Notes: generated by a model not told the origin, from the sequence alone. Positions 9,796 to 19,149 are shown, counted from the stretch's first letter. The stretch is DNA of 64,000 bases from an uncultured Actinomycetota bacterium (GCA_963721365.1 CAVRJE010000023.1:177656-241655), one strand, 5' to 3'. Translations and numbers: made by a program.

Positions 9796-11912
9796 TAACC
9801 TTCCTTCTGAGACAGATTCTCGAGCAGCCGCAGGCTGATCTTCTCCTTGCCGCCCTGCATCTGCACGTCGAGGACTTCCACCCGCACCAGGTCGCCACGG
9901 TTGACAACGTCTTCGACGACGTTCACGCGATGATCGGCCAGCCGCGAGATGTGGACCAGACCGTCGGTACCCGGCTTGAGCGTGACGAAAGCGCCGAAGG
10001 AGGTCGTTGACGCTACCCGGCCCTCCACGATGTCGCCCACCTGGGTCTCCCTCGTCAGAAGGCCGATACGCTCGATGCAGCCGTCGCCAAGTTTGCCGTC
10101 GGTGGCGAAGACCTTGATGAGGCCGTCTTCCGCAACGTCGATGGTGCACTCGAACTCGGCTTCCATGCCGCGGATGGTCTCGCCGCCCTTGCCGATGACC
10201 GCGCCGATCTTCTCGGGGTCGATGCGGATGGTGGCGATGCGCGGCGCGAAATCGGACAGCTCGGGCCGCGGGCCGCTGAGCACTTCGGCCATGCGATCGA
10301 GAATGAACAGCCGCGCTTTCCGGGCGCGAGCCAGGGCGTCGCGCATGATCTCGAACGTCACGCCCGTGATCTTGATGTCCATCTGGAGAGCGGTGATGCC
10401 CTTGTCGGTGCCGGCGACCTTGAAGTCCATGTCGCCCAGGTGGTCTTCCACCCCGGCGATGTCGGTCAGCACCACGTAGTCGTCACCCTCCTTGATGAGG
10501 CCCATGGCGATGCCGGCCACCGGACTGGCGATCGGCACCCCGGCGTCCATGAGAGCCAGTGTGGAGGCACAGACGCTGGCCATGGAGCTGGACCCGTTCG
10601 ACTCGAGAGTCTCGGAGACCAGGCGGATGGTGTATGGGAACTTCTCTTCGTCGGGGACGACCTCGACGAGAGCCCGCTCGGCGAGGGCGCCGTGGCCGAT
10701 CTCGCGCCGGCCGGGACCGCGCATGAAGCCTGTCTCCCCCACGCTGAACGGCGGGAACTTGTAATGATGCATGAAGCGCTTGGACTCTTCGATATCCAAG
10801 CCGTCGACACGCTGCTCGTCGCGGGCGGCGCCCAGCGTGAGCAGGGTGAGCACCTGGGTCTGGCCCCGGGTGAAGAGGCCCGAACCGTGAGTGCGCGGAG
10901 CGACGCCCACCTCGCAGCTGATAGCCCGGATCTCGTCGACCCCGCGGCCGTCGGGCCGCTTCTTGTCGACCGCGATGGCATGCCGGACGGCTTCCTTCTC
11001 CACGGCGTCGAAGGCCTTGGAGACCTGGGCTGCTTCGGCGATCTGTTCGTCGGACGCACCATCGGGGGCCCAGTTCGTGACCAACTCCTGTTTGAGGGCG
11101 GCCAGAGCGTCGGCTCTGCCGTGCTTGTCCAGCACGGTCGAGGCCGCCTGGATCTGGGCGCCTACGCGCGCTTTGATCTTGTCCATGACGGCCCGGTCGG
11201 GCAGCTTCGGCGCAAACTCCATCTTGGGCACGCCCACCTCGGCGGCCCAGGCCGATATAGCCGCTACCTGCGTCTTGATGGCCTCGTGCGCGACCTCGAG
11301 CCCGGCGATGATATCGGCCTCGTCGACCTCCTCGCACCCGGCCTCCACCATGCCGATGGCGTCCTTCGTGCCCGCCACTACAAGGTTGACGGGGCTTTGG
11401 TCGATCTCCTCATAGGTGGGGTTGACCACCCAGGCGCCGTCGACCTTGGCCACCCGCACCGCGGCCACCGGCCCCCCGAACGGGGCCTCAGACAGGCAGA
11501 GCGCCGCCGAAGCGCCGGTAACGGCCAGCACATCGTAGGGGTTCTTCCTGTCTACCGAGAGCACCGTGGCCACGATGTGGGTCTCACGGTTGAAGCCTTT
11601 GGGCCACAGAGGCCGGATCGGCCGGTCGATCAGCCGCGCGTTGAGGATCGATTGATCGCTCGGCCGCCCTTCCTTCTTGATGAAGCCGCCAGGGATCTTC
11701 CCGGCTGCGTACATACCCGCCTCGACGTCGACCGTGAGGGGGAAGAAGTCAACGTTGCGCTCGGTAGCGGCCACAACGGCCGTGACCAACACCATCGTGT
11801 CGCCCAAGCGGACGACCACGGCTCCGCTCGCCTGCTTAGCCAGTCGCCCCGTCTCGAAGCTGATCTTCCTGTCGCCTACCGTTACCTCTGTCGTGCTTAC
11901 TCCACTTGCCAC
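9795..11912 (-). CDS. pnp: Polyribonucleotide nucleotidyltransferase (PNPase)
   Basis: ORF 9795..11990 is continuous with two RNase PH domains plus KH and S1 domains (GDIVEGRVASTTSFGAFV). I prefer GTG 11912 as the start, with GGGAG 8 nt upstream, because it lies downstream of a leader hairpin. The track start at 11990 is the alternative. Confidence 0.9.
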   Translation of the reverse strand: MASGVSTTEVTVGDRKISFETGRLAKQASGAVVVRLGDTMVLVTAVVAATERNVDFFPLTVDVEAGMYAAGKIPGGFIKKEGRPSDQSILNARLIDRPIRPLWPKGFNRETHIVATVLSVDRKNPYDVLAVTGASAALCLSEAPFGGPVAAVRVAKVDGAWVVNPTYEEIDQSPVNLVVAGTKDAIGMVEAGCEEVDEADIIAGLEVAHEAIKTQVAAISAWAAEVGVPKMEFAPKLPDRAVMDKIKARVGAQIQAASTVLDKHGRADALAALKQELVTNWAPDGASDEQIAEAAQVSKAFDAVEKEAVRHAIAVDKKRPDGRGVDEIRAISCEVGVAPRTHGSGLFTRGQTQVLTLLTLGAARDEQRVDGLDIEESKRFMHHYKFPPFSVGETGFMRGPGRREIGHGALAERALVEVVPDEEKFPYTIRLVSETLESNGSSSMASVCASTLALMDAGVPIASPVAGIAMGLIKEGDDYVVLTDIAGVEDHLGDMDFKVAGTDKGITALQMDIKITGVTFEIMRDALARARKARLFILDRMAEVLSGPRPELSDFAPRIATIRIDPEKIGAVIGKGGETIRGMEAEFECTIDVAEDGLIKVFATDGKLGDGCIERIGLLTRETQVGDIVEGRVASTTSFGAFVTLKPGTDGLVHISRLADHRVNVVEDVVNRGDLVRVEVLDVQMQGGKEKISLRLLENLSQKEG

Positions 11913-11929
11913 TTTCTTTACTCCCGTCT

Positions 11930-11948
11930 GAGGGCCTCCGTGGCCCTC
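11930..11948 (-). promoter_or_regulatory. rpsO-pnp intercistronic stem-loop (candidate processing/autoregulatory hairpin)
   Basis: GAGGGCC (11930..11936) and GGCCCTC (11942..11948) are perfect complements around a 5-nt loop. The hairpin sits between the rpsO stop and the preferred pnp start. Confidence 0.45.
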
Positions 11949-11996
11949 TATCCTGCCGATTCTCTCTTCGCTGCCGCTTCTTTCCGACAAACCGTA

Positions 11997-12263
11997 CTAC
12001 CTGCGCAGACCCAGATCCTTGACCACCGTCCGGTACCTCTCGACGTCTTGCTTCTGCAGATATCCGAGCAGGCGCCGCCGGTGCCCGACCATCTTGAGCA
12101 GGCCACGGCGCGAATGGTGGTCCTTGGAGTGGGTCTTCAGGTGTTCGGTCAGAACGTTGATGCGCTCGGTGAGGATGCCTATCTGCACCTCCGGCGAGCC
12201 GGTATCGACTTCGTGCTTCTTGAACCGGTCGATGATCTCGGTCTTGCGATCTTTGCTGAGCAT
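11997..12263 (-). CDS. rpsO: 30S ribosomal protein S15
   Basis: The last 88 codons of ORF 11997..12647: [43 protein letters not shown]... AAGGAGG lies 6 nt upstream of ATG 12263. Confidence 0.95.
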   Translation of the reverse strand: MLSKDRKTEIIDRFKKHEVDTGSPEVQIGILTERINVLTEHLKTHSKDHHSRRGLLKMVGHRRRLLGYLQKQDVERYRTVVKDLGLRR

Positions 12264-12490
12264 GCATGGCCTCCTTGGGCTCCTTGCCCCCAGCCGGGAC
12301 GCTGCGGTCCAAGCCGAGATGCAGGTTTCAATGCTGGTGGCGCGGCTAACCGCGCGCGTCCACCTCGCCGGAGCGCACTTCGCTCCGGTGCGGTGATGTA
12401 GGGTACCACAGGGAGGCGAAGTCGAGGCGCCGCGGGGCCGCGTGGCGCGCGCCGCGCGGCGATGACGCTGCTGCTCCCGCGTCGCCGCCC

Positions 12491-14607
12491 TAGTAGATGT
12501 AGAGGTACGTCCCCACGGGGACTCAGCGGATAGAGGTACGTCCTCGTCCCAAGCTGGGTGCGGACGCAGCCGTGGCTCGCGGGGAGCCGTCGGCACGCTC
12601 GGATAGCCGTGGATGGCGATGACGCTCGGCGAAGGCCGAAAGTACATCGGCAGATAGCAGCGAGCTGGTCTACACCGTCTTGCGCAGCACCTTGAAGGTG
12701 CCCGAAGGGGTGACGATCCCCACGCTTGCGCTCCCGGTGCAGACGTGCAGGGTGTAGACCACTGCGCCGTTCTTGCAGTACAGAAGCACCTGCTTGGTCT
12801 TGTTGACCTCTATCCAGGGGTTGGTGGCACCGCTCTTGGACGGCGTGGGCCGGCTGGCCGTCTGCAGCCGGTTCCAGACGGCGGCGCTGAGGTTACCGTC
12901 CCTCGTCATCCCTTCCCACTTCTGGAAAGCGGTGATCGCGCCACGCGTCTTGGAGTCGATGACCCCATCGATCGTCCCCGGGAGGTAGGAGAGGTCCGTC
13001 AGCCTCTGCTCGACCCATTTCGACTTGTTCGGTCGTGAACGTAGCCTGGGCACGGCAGGGTACCGAGCACGTCGAACGCGTCGAGGCTGATATAGGCCCT
13101 GAGGCGTTGCCCTCGTCCCACGAGATCTGGACCGTGTGCTTGCCGCTCAGCGGTCCCGGTGGACCAGACCTTCTGCTGATACGCCGTCGCCGTCGCGCAG
13201 GGGTCGACGCTGACGGGAGCCTTGTCGACGGACACGACCGCGATCCCCATCCCCGGGCCCATAGTGGCTATCCAATCCAGACGCACACCGGTGAAGGTCA
13301 CGCTGACCAGGGAGCCGCCGCTGGTAGCCGCCTTGTAGTCGCCGCCCGATGCGGAAGCCCCGGAGAAGGTGGACCAGGTGCCGGAGTAGAGCAAGTCGCG
13401 GATTGTCTGCTCGTAGCGGTTCACCACGTACGCCTGGGTCAGGTCCCCCGCAGGTTGAACGCGTCGATGCTGACGTACGTGCCGGAGCCGGGTTCTTGCC
13501 GTCCGTCACCTCGATCTTGACCGGTGAGCGCCCGAGGGCGAGTTCGCCGGCGTTCCACACCTTCTGCTGGTGTGCGGTCGCCGTGGCCGCCAGATCGATC
13601 CTGGTGGCGTCGGCGCCGTCGAGCGAGACCCAGGCCGCGCCGAGCGTTGTCCCTCTGGTGGCGATCCAGGCCAGGTAGGTGCCGTTGAACTCCATCGTCA
13701 CCGACGCCCCACTAGTGCTCGCCTGTCGGTAGCTACCGCCGGAAGCCCCGCTCGTAGCGAACGTGGCCCACGTCCCGGTGTAGGCTAGACGCGTGTCGGT
13801 CTGCTCGATCCTCCCGGTGCCCACGATGGTACCGATGACGTCCACCGCGTCGATGGTGAGGTACTTGCCCGACGCACTCGCCGAACTCCGGACAATTCTG
13901 ACCCTATGGATGCCGTTGCTCAAGTCGCCGGTGGACCACACCTTCTGCTGGTAGACAGCCGTAGGGTTTGCCAGGTAAATCGTCTGCGCGAACACATCGT
14001 CCAGGTACACGTCGGCTATTCCGGTAGTCGTGCCTTTCATGGCGATCCAGTCCAGCCTCGTACCGTTGAACGTGATCGTGACCGACGCCCCGTTGGCGCT
14101 CGCCCTGCCGTAACTGCCCTTCCAAGCCTTGGAGGTGGAGAATGTCGCCCACGTACCCGAGCGCCCAAGCCGCGAGTCGGTCTGGTCGTAGCGGGTCATG
14201 AACATGAAAGAGTCCGCAGAAGTGTTCGAGCTCGGTACTCCCGCCGCCGTCACGGTCACATGCAAGGTCCCGGAGGCGTGCGCGGGGGTGACGGCCGTGA
14301 TCTGCGTCTCCGAGAGCACCGTGTAGCTCGCGGCATCCGTGCCTCCAAAGGAGACGGCCGAAGTGCCCGAAAGCCCCGCGAACCCGGTACCGGTGATAAC
14401 AACGCTGGTTCCCCCGGTGGTCGGTCCGGATGAAGGGGCGATCGCGGTTATGGTGGGAGGCTCCGCTGCCAGGGCGCTCCCGGCCGGGACGAGAATCAGC
14501 AAGGCGACGAGTGTCAGGGCAGCGAACGCAGCAGGCCCGGCGAGCCTGCGAAGAACTGACCTACCCCACCACCGACTACCGGACGCGACAGCGCTCGCAG
14601 GTGCCAC
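12491..14607 (-). pseudogene. Large secreted multidomain protein: signal peptide + IPT/TIG + 3 beta-sandwich repeats + PG_binding_1 + YkuD L,D-transpeptidase. Needs at least 8 frame changes as assembled.
   Basis: AGGAGG lies 7 nt before GTG 14607. Domains in order:
- signal peptide ALTLVALLILVPAGSALA
- IPT/TIG: PTITAIAPSSGPTTGGTSVVITGTGF
- three repeats (see the repeat feature)
- PG-binding: VEQRLTDLSYLPGTIDGVIDSKTRGAITAFQKWEG
- YkuD pieces: [53 protein letters not shown], and VGTYLYIY followed by a stop at 12491
The fragments sit in ORFs 13147..14607, 12999..13427, 12670..13053, the 5-prime part of 11997..12647, and unlisted frames. Confidence 0.7.
13050..14193 (-). repeat. Three tandem ~127-codon protein-level repeats (CBM/galactose-binding-like beta-sandwich modules)
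   Basis: Unit starts: RYDQTDSRLGRSGTWATF (about 14193), RIEQTDTRLAYTGTWATF (about 13812), NRYEQTIRDLLYSGTWSTF (about 13421). Each unit shares GTW.TF...GSY/GDY...V.F.G..L.WIA...G...V..D.......YQQKVW..G.L......I......YxSxDA. Confidence 0.75.
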
Positions 14608-14718
14608 AAAAACCCCTCCTCATGCCCACAATTAGGCGGGAACCCGCAGAATGACGGCCTCAGACTATCACGTGTTTTCCGGCCGGCACACTCCCTATCT
14701 GCGTCCTTTATCGGCAGC

Positions 14719-14949
14719 TTACCCCTCGAAGCCGAGCATCTCCGCCGGATCGACAATGCGGTCAAAATCCTCGGCGGTGACGCGACCAAGGGAGATGGCG
14801 GCCTCCCTCAGACTGAGGTCGTTTCTGAAGGCTTGCAGGGCGATCTCCGCTGCAGCCGGCTGCGGTCGGACTTCAACCCGGCCGTCAGATATCGGCCAAA
14901 GCTGCGGCATCCGTCGGCAAGGAGGTGCAAGGATTGCAGCAGGGGCCAA
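14719..14949 (-). pseudogene. Relic of the 3-prime end of a class II fumarase/aspartase-family lyase gene (C-terminal about 45-60 codons only)
   Basis: ORF 14719..14949 ends AAAEIALQAFRNDLSLREAAISLGRVTAEDFDRIVDPAEMLGFEG. This matches the FumaraseC_C tail pattern (AAeIAk.A...g.tL.eAA..LG.l..eeFD..V.Pe.M.G). The ~400 upstream codons of such an enzyme are absent. Confidence 0.6.
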
Positions 14950-14987
14950 GACGCGCTACGTCTGCACTCCCCAGTACCGGTCGGCCG

Positions 14988-15464
14988 CTACTCCCACACG
15001 ATACGGACCACGTAGTCCACGCGCCGGCTGCCGGTGATGAATATGAGGACGGTGCCCTTGCGCAGCTCCCCTTGCAATGTGATCACGTTCCCGGTCGTCA
15101 CCGGCTGCCACCCGGGCCAGGTGATGGCCTCGAACACACCCGGGATACTGGCGCCCACCTGCACTTCGAGGTCCTGGGCATGGTCGCTCTCCACCTCCAC
15201 GCGGAAGCGCCCCGACCCGACCGAGCCCGGTGCGTCGCACTGAAAGATGTCGAAGTCACCGCGCGAGCCGCCCCGGCCGATCGAAGCCGACAGCGGAGTT
15301 CCGGGTGGGAGAGGCGTAGCCGCCTGGAGCTCGTCGTTAGGCTCGTACTGATCCGCGGTGGATCCGCATCCCGCGTCCCCCAGAGGCCAGGGACCGGCAC
15401 ACGAAAGCCCTATCCCGGGGCTGAGCATGAGGAGAGCGACTACGATGGCGGCGACGATGGCCAC
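14988..15464 (-). CDS. Small secreted (possibly lipo-) protein with a pre-peptidase C-terminal (PPC)-like domain
   Basis: ORF 14988..15464. AAGGGGG lies 6 nt before GTG 15464. It has a hydrophobic N-terminus VAIVAAIVVALLMLSPGIGLSC, then YEPNDELQAATPL...GDFDIFQ, which is typical of PPC domains. Confidence 0.6.
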   Translation of the reverse strand: MAIVAAIVVALLMLSPGIGLSCAGPWPLGDAGCGSTADQYEPNDELQAATPLPPGTPLSASIGRGGSRGDFDIFQCDAPGSVGSGRFRVEVESDHAQDLEVQVGASIPGVFEAITWPGWQPVTTGNVITLQGELRKGTVLIFITGSRRVDYVVRIVWE

Positions 15465-15549
15465 GACCTACCCCCTTGCGTTCACGCCTAGTGTATGCCG
15501 GCGCCGGCTGCCCCGCAAGCGAGACCTGGGAAGCGTTTCTTTCGGCCGA

Positions 15550-16518
15550 CTAGGCGGGGCCCTCGCCTGCCGCTCCGCCATCGCCGGAGTACGCCCGGGC
15601 CACCTCCACGTCCCGCCTGATCTGCGCCGCGAGAGAGTCTGCGTCGGGAAAGGTCCGCTGGCCCCGGATCCGCTCTAGGAAGTCGACGGCCAGGAGCGAT
15701 CCGTACAACGTCCCCGAGTAGTCCAGAAGAAGGGTCTCGACCCGGATCTTGCGATCGCTTTGGAAGGTCGGGTTGGTGCCCACGCTCGTGACCGATCGGT
15801 ACGACTCCGCTGCGTCGACTGTCGATCTGGTTATGTAGATCCCAAGCCTGGGAAGGGCCATTTCTGGCGTGGGAGTAAGGTTCGCCGTCGGAGCGTCAAG
15901 GCCCCTTCCGCGACCGAAACCGCTGATCACGGTCCCCTCGATGCGGTGAGGGCGACCCAGGAGGCGGGCAGCTTCGGCCACGTCGCCCGCCTTCAGCAGC
16001 TCGCGGATACGCGTGCTCGAGATCACCTCGTCGCCCGCGCGCGCCAGGCCGACCGCGACGACTTCGAAGCCGTGCGAGCGGCCGTACCGGCGAAGGTCGG
16101 CCGGCGTTCCCGCCCCCGCGTGGCCGAACCGGAAGTTCTCGCCCACAAACACCGCGCGCGCGCCCAGATGTTCGGAGAGCACTGCGCTGCAGAACGATTC
16201 CGGCGTGAGCTGGGCGAAGTCCCTGTCGAAAGGCACGACCACCAGTTCGTCCAGCCCCAGCGATTCCAGCAGTTCCGCTTTACGGGCCGGCGGCGTCAGC
16301 ATCGGCGGTGCCGATCCGCGGCGCAGGACCGCTTCCGGGTGGGGGTAGAAGGTCACCGCCGCCGACGCCGCGCCGGCCGCCCGGGCAGCGTCGACAGCCC
16401 TCACCAGTATCTCCCGGTGGCCGCGGTGCACCCCGTCGAACACGCCGATCGCGACCACCCGACCAGTAGAGGGGGGGTCGGCTACCTCGGCGAGCGAGTT
16501 GTATATACGCAACGTCAT
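15550..16518 (-). CDS. ribF: Bifunctional riboflavin kinase / FMN adenylyltransferase
   Basis: ORF 15550..16518. Motifs AIGVFDGVHRGHREIL, GENFRFGH, PTANL and GTNPTF. ATGA overlap with the truB stop. Confidence 0.93.
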   Translation of the reverse strand: MTLRIYNSLAEVADPPSTGRVVAIGVFDGVHRGHREILVRAVDAARAAGAASAAVTFYPHPEAVLRRGSAPPMLTPPARKAELLESLGLDELVVVPFDRDFAQLTPESFCSAVLSEHLGARAVFVGENFRFGHAGAGTPADLRRYGRSHGFEVVAVGLARAGDEVISSTRIRELLKAGDVAEAARLLGRPHRIEGTVISGFGRGRGLDAPTANLTPTPEMALPRLGIYITRSTVDAAESYRSVTSVGTNPTFQSDRKIRVETLLLDYSGTLYGSLLAVDFLERIRGQRTFPDADSLAAQIRRDVEVARAYSGDGGAAGEGPA

Positions 16519-17423
16519 ACAGCCTCCGGGAAGACGACCAGCGGCCGCGCCCGCTCTCCCGTCCCCTCGTAGACACCCAGCAAACGTCCGGCACCGTAAA
16601 CGCGGAAACGCCCGGCCGGCGCGTCCCGCAGTTCGTTGCCGTTCGCCGCCAGGCGGGCGTCGGCCTCGCTCAACTCGCGCCCGGGCATGAACGCCAGGGC
16701 CTGGTCGAGGCTGAGCACCCCCCGGCCCCCCTCCTGGTAGCGTCGAGGGGATAGCTCGACGGGCGCCAGCGCATCCAGCACCGAGAACACCCCCACGCGG
16801 GTCCGGCGTAGGGCGGCCGCGTAGCCGCCGCAGCCGAGAGCTTCGCCAATATCCATGGCAAGGGCCCGGGCGTAGGTGCCGCTGCCGGTCAGCGCCAACA
16901 GCCTGGCGGTCTGAGCGGCCTCGTCGAAGTCGACCAACGTGAGGTCGTACACCATGACCTCCCGCTCGGGCGTGTCGGCAGTCTCCCCTCTGTGAGCTTT
17001 CTTGTAGAGAGGCTCACCGTCCACCTTCACGGCGGAGGTAAGCGGGACCCGCTGCTTGATCCGGCCCCTGAACCGGTCGAGTACGCCCACTACGTCGGGT
17101 GCGGTCACCGTCCCTGCCGGGCTGCCATCGGCCCGCGTAAAGGTGATCTCTCCCGTGGGATCGCCGGTAGAGGAGACAGAGCCGAACTGCACGAGCAGGT
17201 CGTACTCCTTGGGCAATCCCATGAGCAAGGAGGAGATCCGCGTCGCGGAGCCGACCATGATCAACAGAAGGCCGGTCGCGAACGGGTCGAGCGTGCCCGC
17301 ATGACCTACGCGCCCCCGCATCCCGCGGCGGGCAGCCCGCACCATGTCGAAACTGGTAGGGCCGACGGGCTTGTCGAGCAAGATGACCCGGGCAGGTATT
17401 GGTGCAGGACCCGCAACGGTCAC
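16515..17423 (-). CDS. truB: tRNA pseudouridine-55 synthase
   Basis: C-terminal 302 codons of ORF 16515..17939, starting at GTG 17423 (GTGA overlap with the nrnA stop). Motifs LLDKPVGPTSFDMV and GHAGTLDPFATGLL. The upstream 172 aa are Arg/Gly-rich and overlap nrnA. Confidence 0.9.
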   Translation of the reverse strand: MTVAGPAPIPARVILLDKPVGPTSFDMVRAARRGMRGRVGHAGTLDPFATGLLLIMVGSATRISSLLMGLPKEYDLLVQFGSVSSTGDPTGEITFTRADGSPAGTVTAPDVVGVLDRFRGRIKQRVPLTSAVKVDGEPLYKKAHRGETADTPEREVMVYDLTLVDFDEAAQTARLLALTGSGTYARALAMDIGEALGCGGYAAALRRTRVGVFSVLDALAPVELSPRRYQEGGRGVLSLDQALAFMPGRELSEADARLAANGNELRDAPAGRFRVYGAGRLLGVYEGTGERARPLVVFPEAV

Positions 17424-18406
17424 AAGACGCTCTGAAGCTGCCGCTCTGTCCACTGCAGGACCTCGTTGACGTCGCCGACGGTGGTGAAGCCGGCCGCCTG
17501 CTTGTGCCCGCCGCCCCCTTTGATCTGGGCGATAGCGGACACGTCCACCCTGCCGTCCATAGACCGGAGGCTCACCTTCGTCTCGACCCCTCCGCCCCGG
17601 GCCCTCTCCCGGGCCAGCACGGCAACGGCGGCCCCCCTCACCTGGCGGAGCGTATCGATGATCCCCTCGGCGTGGCCGTCGTCCGCCCCGGCGGCCGCGA
17701 AATCCTCTTCCCGCAGCCAGGATGTCACCACAACGCCGCCCTGCTTCAACTCCATACGCTGCAGCGCTATGCCCAACAGACGCAGCTTGGGCAGCGGGAC
17801 AGTCTCGTACACCTGCCGGGAGATAGCCGCTACGTCGAGCCCGATTTCCTGTAGCTCCGCCGCCATCCTGTGCGCCTGAGCGTTCGTGTTGGAATACTGG
17901 AAGCGCCCGGTGTCGGTCACCAGGCCCACGTAGAGGCAAGCGGCGATCTGCACGTCGATGGGAAAGCGCCCCGCCCGGAATATCTCGTAGAGGATCGCGG
18001 TGGTCGAGGCCGCCTCGGGCTCCAGGAGATTCAGATCGGCGTTACCCGGATTGTCCTGGTGGTGGTCGATGGTGACCAGAGTGGTGCCTTCTCCGAACTG
18101 CTGGAAGCCTCCACGGGCAAGCGAGGCACAGTCGAGTAGGTAGATCGTCGTCTCGGGACCGAGCGTGGGTACCGGCCCTCGGACCACGTCGTGCAACCGG
18201 GGCAAGAACTGGTATTCGGCCGGAAAGGGAGCCTCTCCGGGCACGTAGGCGAGGTACGGGATGCCGAGGCGCTCGCACATGAGTAGGAACGCCGAAAGGC
18301 AGCCGAGAGCGTCGCCATCGGGAGATTCGTGGGAGACGGCCAGCACGTGACTCTCGTGGCAGAGGCGATCCGCCACCTCGGCCGCCGTCACCCTCCGTCC
18401 GGCCAC
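17420..18406 (-). CDS. nrnA: DHH/DHHA1 phosphoesterase, NrnA-type oligoribonuclease/pAp phosphatase
   Basis: ORF 17420..18499. Motifs SHESPDGDALG, TIDHHQDN, LVTDTGRFQYSNT and GGGGHKQAAGF. The start is uncertain. GTG 18406, just after the rbfA stop, is my preference. Confidence 0.82.
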   Translation of the reverse strand: MAGRRVTAAEVADRLCHESHVLAVSHESPDGDALGCLSAFLLMCERLGIPYLAYVPGEAPFPAEYQFLPRLHDVVRGPVPTLGPETTIYLLDCASLARGGFQQFGEGTTLVTIDHHQDNPGNADLNLLEPEAASTTAILYEIFRAGRFPIDVQIAACLYVGLVTDTGRFQYSNTNAQAHRMAAELQEIGLDVAAISRQVYETVPLPKLRLLGIALQRMELKQGGVVVTSWLREEDFAAAGADDGHAEGIIDTLRQVRGAAVAVLARERARGGGVETKVSLRSMDGRVDVSAIAQIKGGGGHKQAAGFTTVGDVNEVLQWTERQLQSVL

Positions 18407-18413
18407 CGCGCCG

Positions 18414-18839
18414 TCACTCGTCCTTGCCGGCGGGGTCGCCGGCGCCCGGGGCGCCTTCGCCCGCATCGTCTTCGAGGGCCGGCAGATCGGCCGCCCCACT
18501 CGACTTGAGAAGGGCCTGGATGCGCATCCCCTGGTCGACGCTGGCGTCGTAGACGAATTGCAGAGTGGGTGTCCGTTTGGTCTTCAGCTCGTCGGCGATC
18601 AGCCTCTGCAGGTACGGCCGGGCGGCCCGCAGGCCTTCCAGAGTGGCGTCCTTTTCCGCCTGCTTGCCGTACACCGAGACAAAGACCTTCGCGCGGGACA
18701 AGTCGGGCGCGGCCTCGACGCCCGTCAAGGTGACGAACCCTATCCGCGGATCTTTCAGATCATGGGTCAGCGCGGTCCCGATGATCTCTTTGATCGCCTC
18801 GTTCACCCGGCGCATGCGATACGACGCCACGTCACGCAT
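18414..18839 (-). CDS. rbfA: Ribosome-binding factor A
   Basis: ORF 18414..18839: RMRRVNEAIKEIIGTAL...DPRIGFVTLTGVEAAPDLSRAKVFVSV. Has an acidic C-terminal tail. Confidence 0.92.
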   Translation of the reverse strand: MRDVASYRMRRVNEAIKEIIGTALTHDLKDPRIGFVTLTGVEAAPDLSRAKVFVSVYGKQAEKDATLEGLRAARPYLQRLIADELKTKRTPTLQFVYDASVDQGMRIQALLKSSGAADLPALEDDAGEGAPGAGDPAGKDE

Positions 18840-19149
18840 CTACGTCCACCACCTCGGTGCTACAGAAGGTCAGTACCCACTCCTGCGAGTCGAGATACGC
18901 CTTGACCTTGTCCAGTGTCCCCTCGAGAACCTGCAGGTCGGATGCAGCCACAGCGATGACCACTCGCGACCGCTGCCACAGATCCTGATGCCCCACCTCC
19001 GCGAACGTCGCCCCGAAACGCCTGGTCACCTGGTCACGCACACGTCTCAGGTGCATACGTTTGCTCTTGAGGGAGCCGCTCTCGGGAAAGTGCAACTCGG
19101 CCGAGAGGATACCGACGTAGCCCTTCTCGCTCCTACTGGGTACGGGCAA
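18832..19149 (-). CDS. DUF503 family protein (YlxP-like)
   Basis: ORF 18832..19149: ILSAELHFPESGSLKSKRMHLRRVRDQV. Sits in the conserved position between infB and rbfA. The TTG start overlaps the end of infB. Confidence 0.8.
   Translation of the reverse strand: MPVPSRSEKGYVGILSAELHFPESGSLKSKRMHLRRVRDQVTRRFGATFAEVGHQDLWQRSRVVIAVAASDLQVLEGTLDKVKAYLDSQEWVLTFCSTEVVDVDA

Noticed and set aside
12368-12388. 8-bp GC-rich hairpin CCGGAGCG-cactt-CGCTCCGG between the YkuD gene end and rpsO
   Set aside because: There is no U-tract on either strand and no recognisable riboswitch or leader context. It may be a weak terminator or part of the rpsO leader, but I cannot support a specific call.
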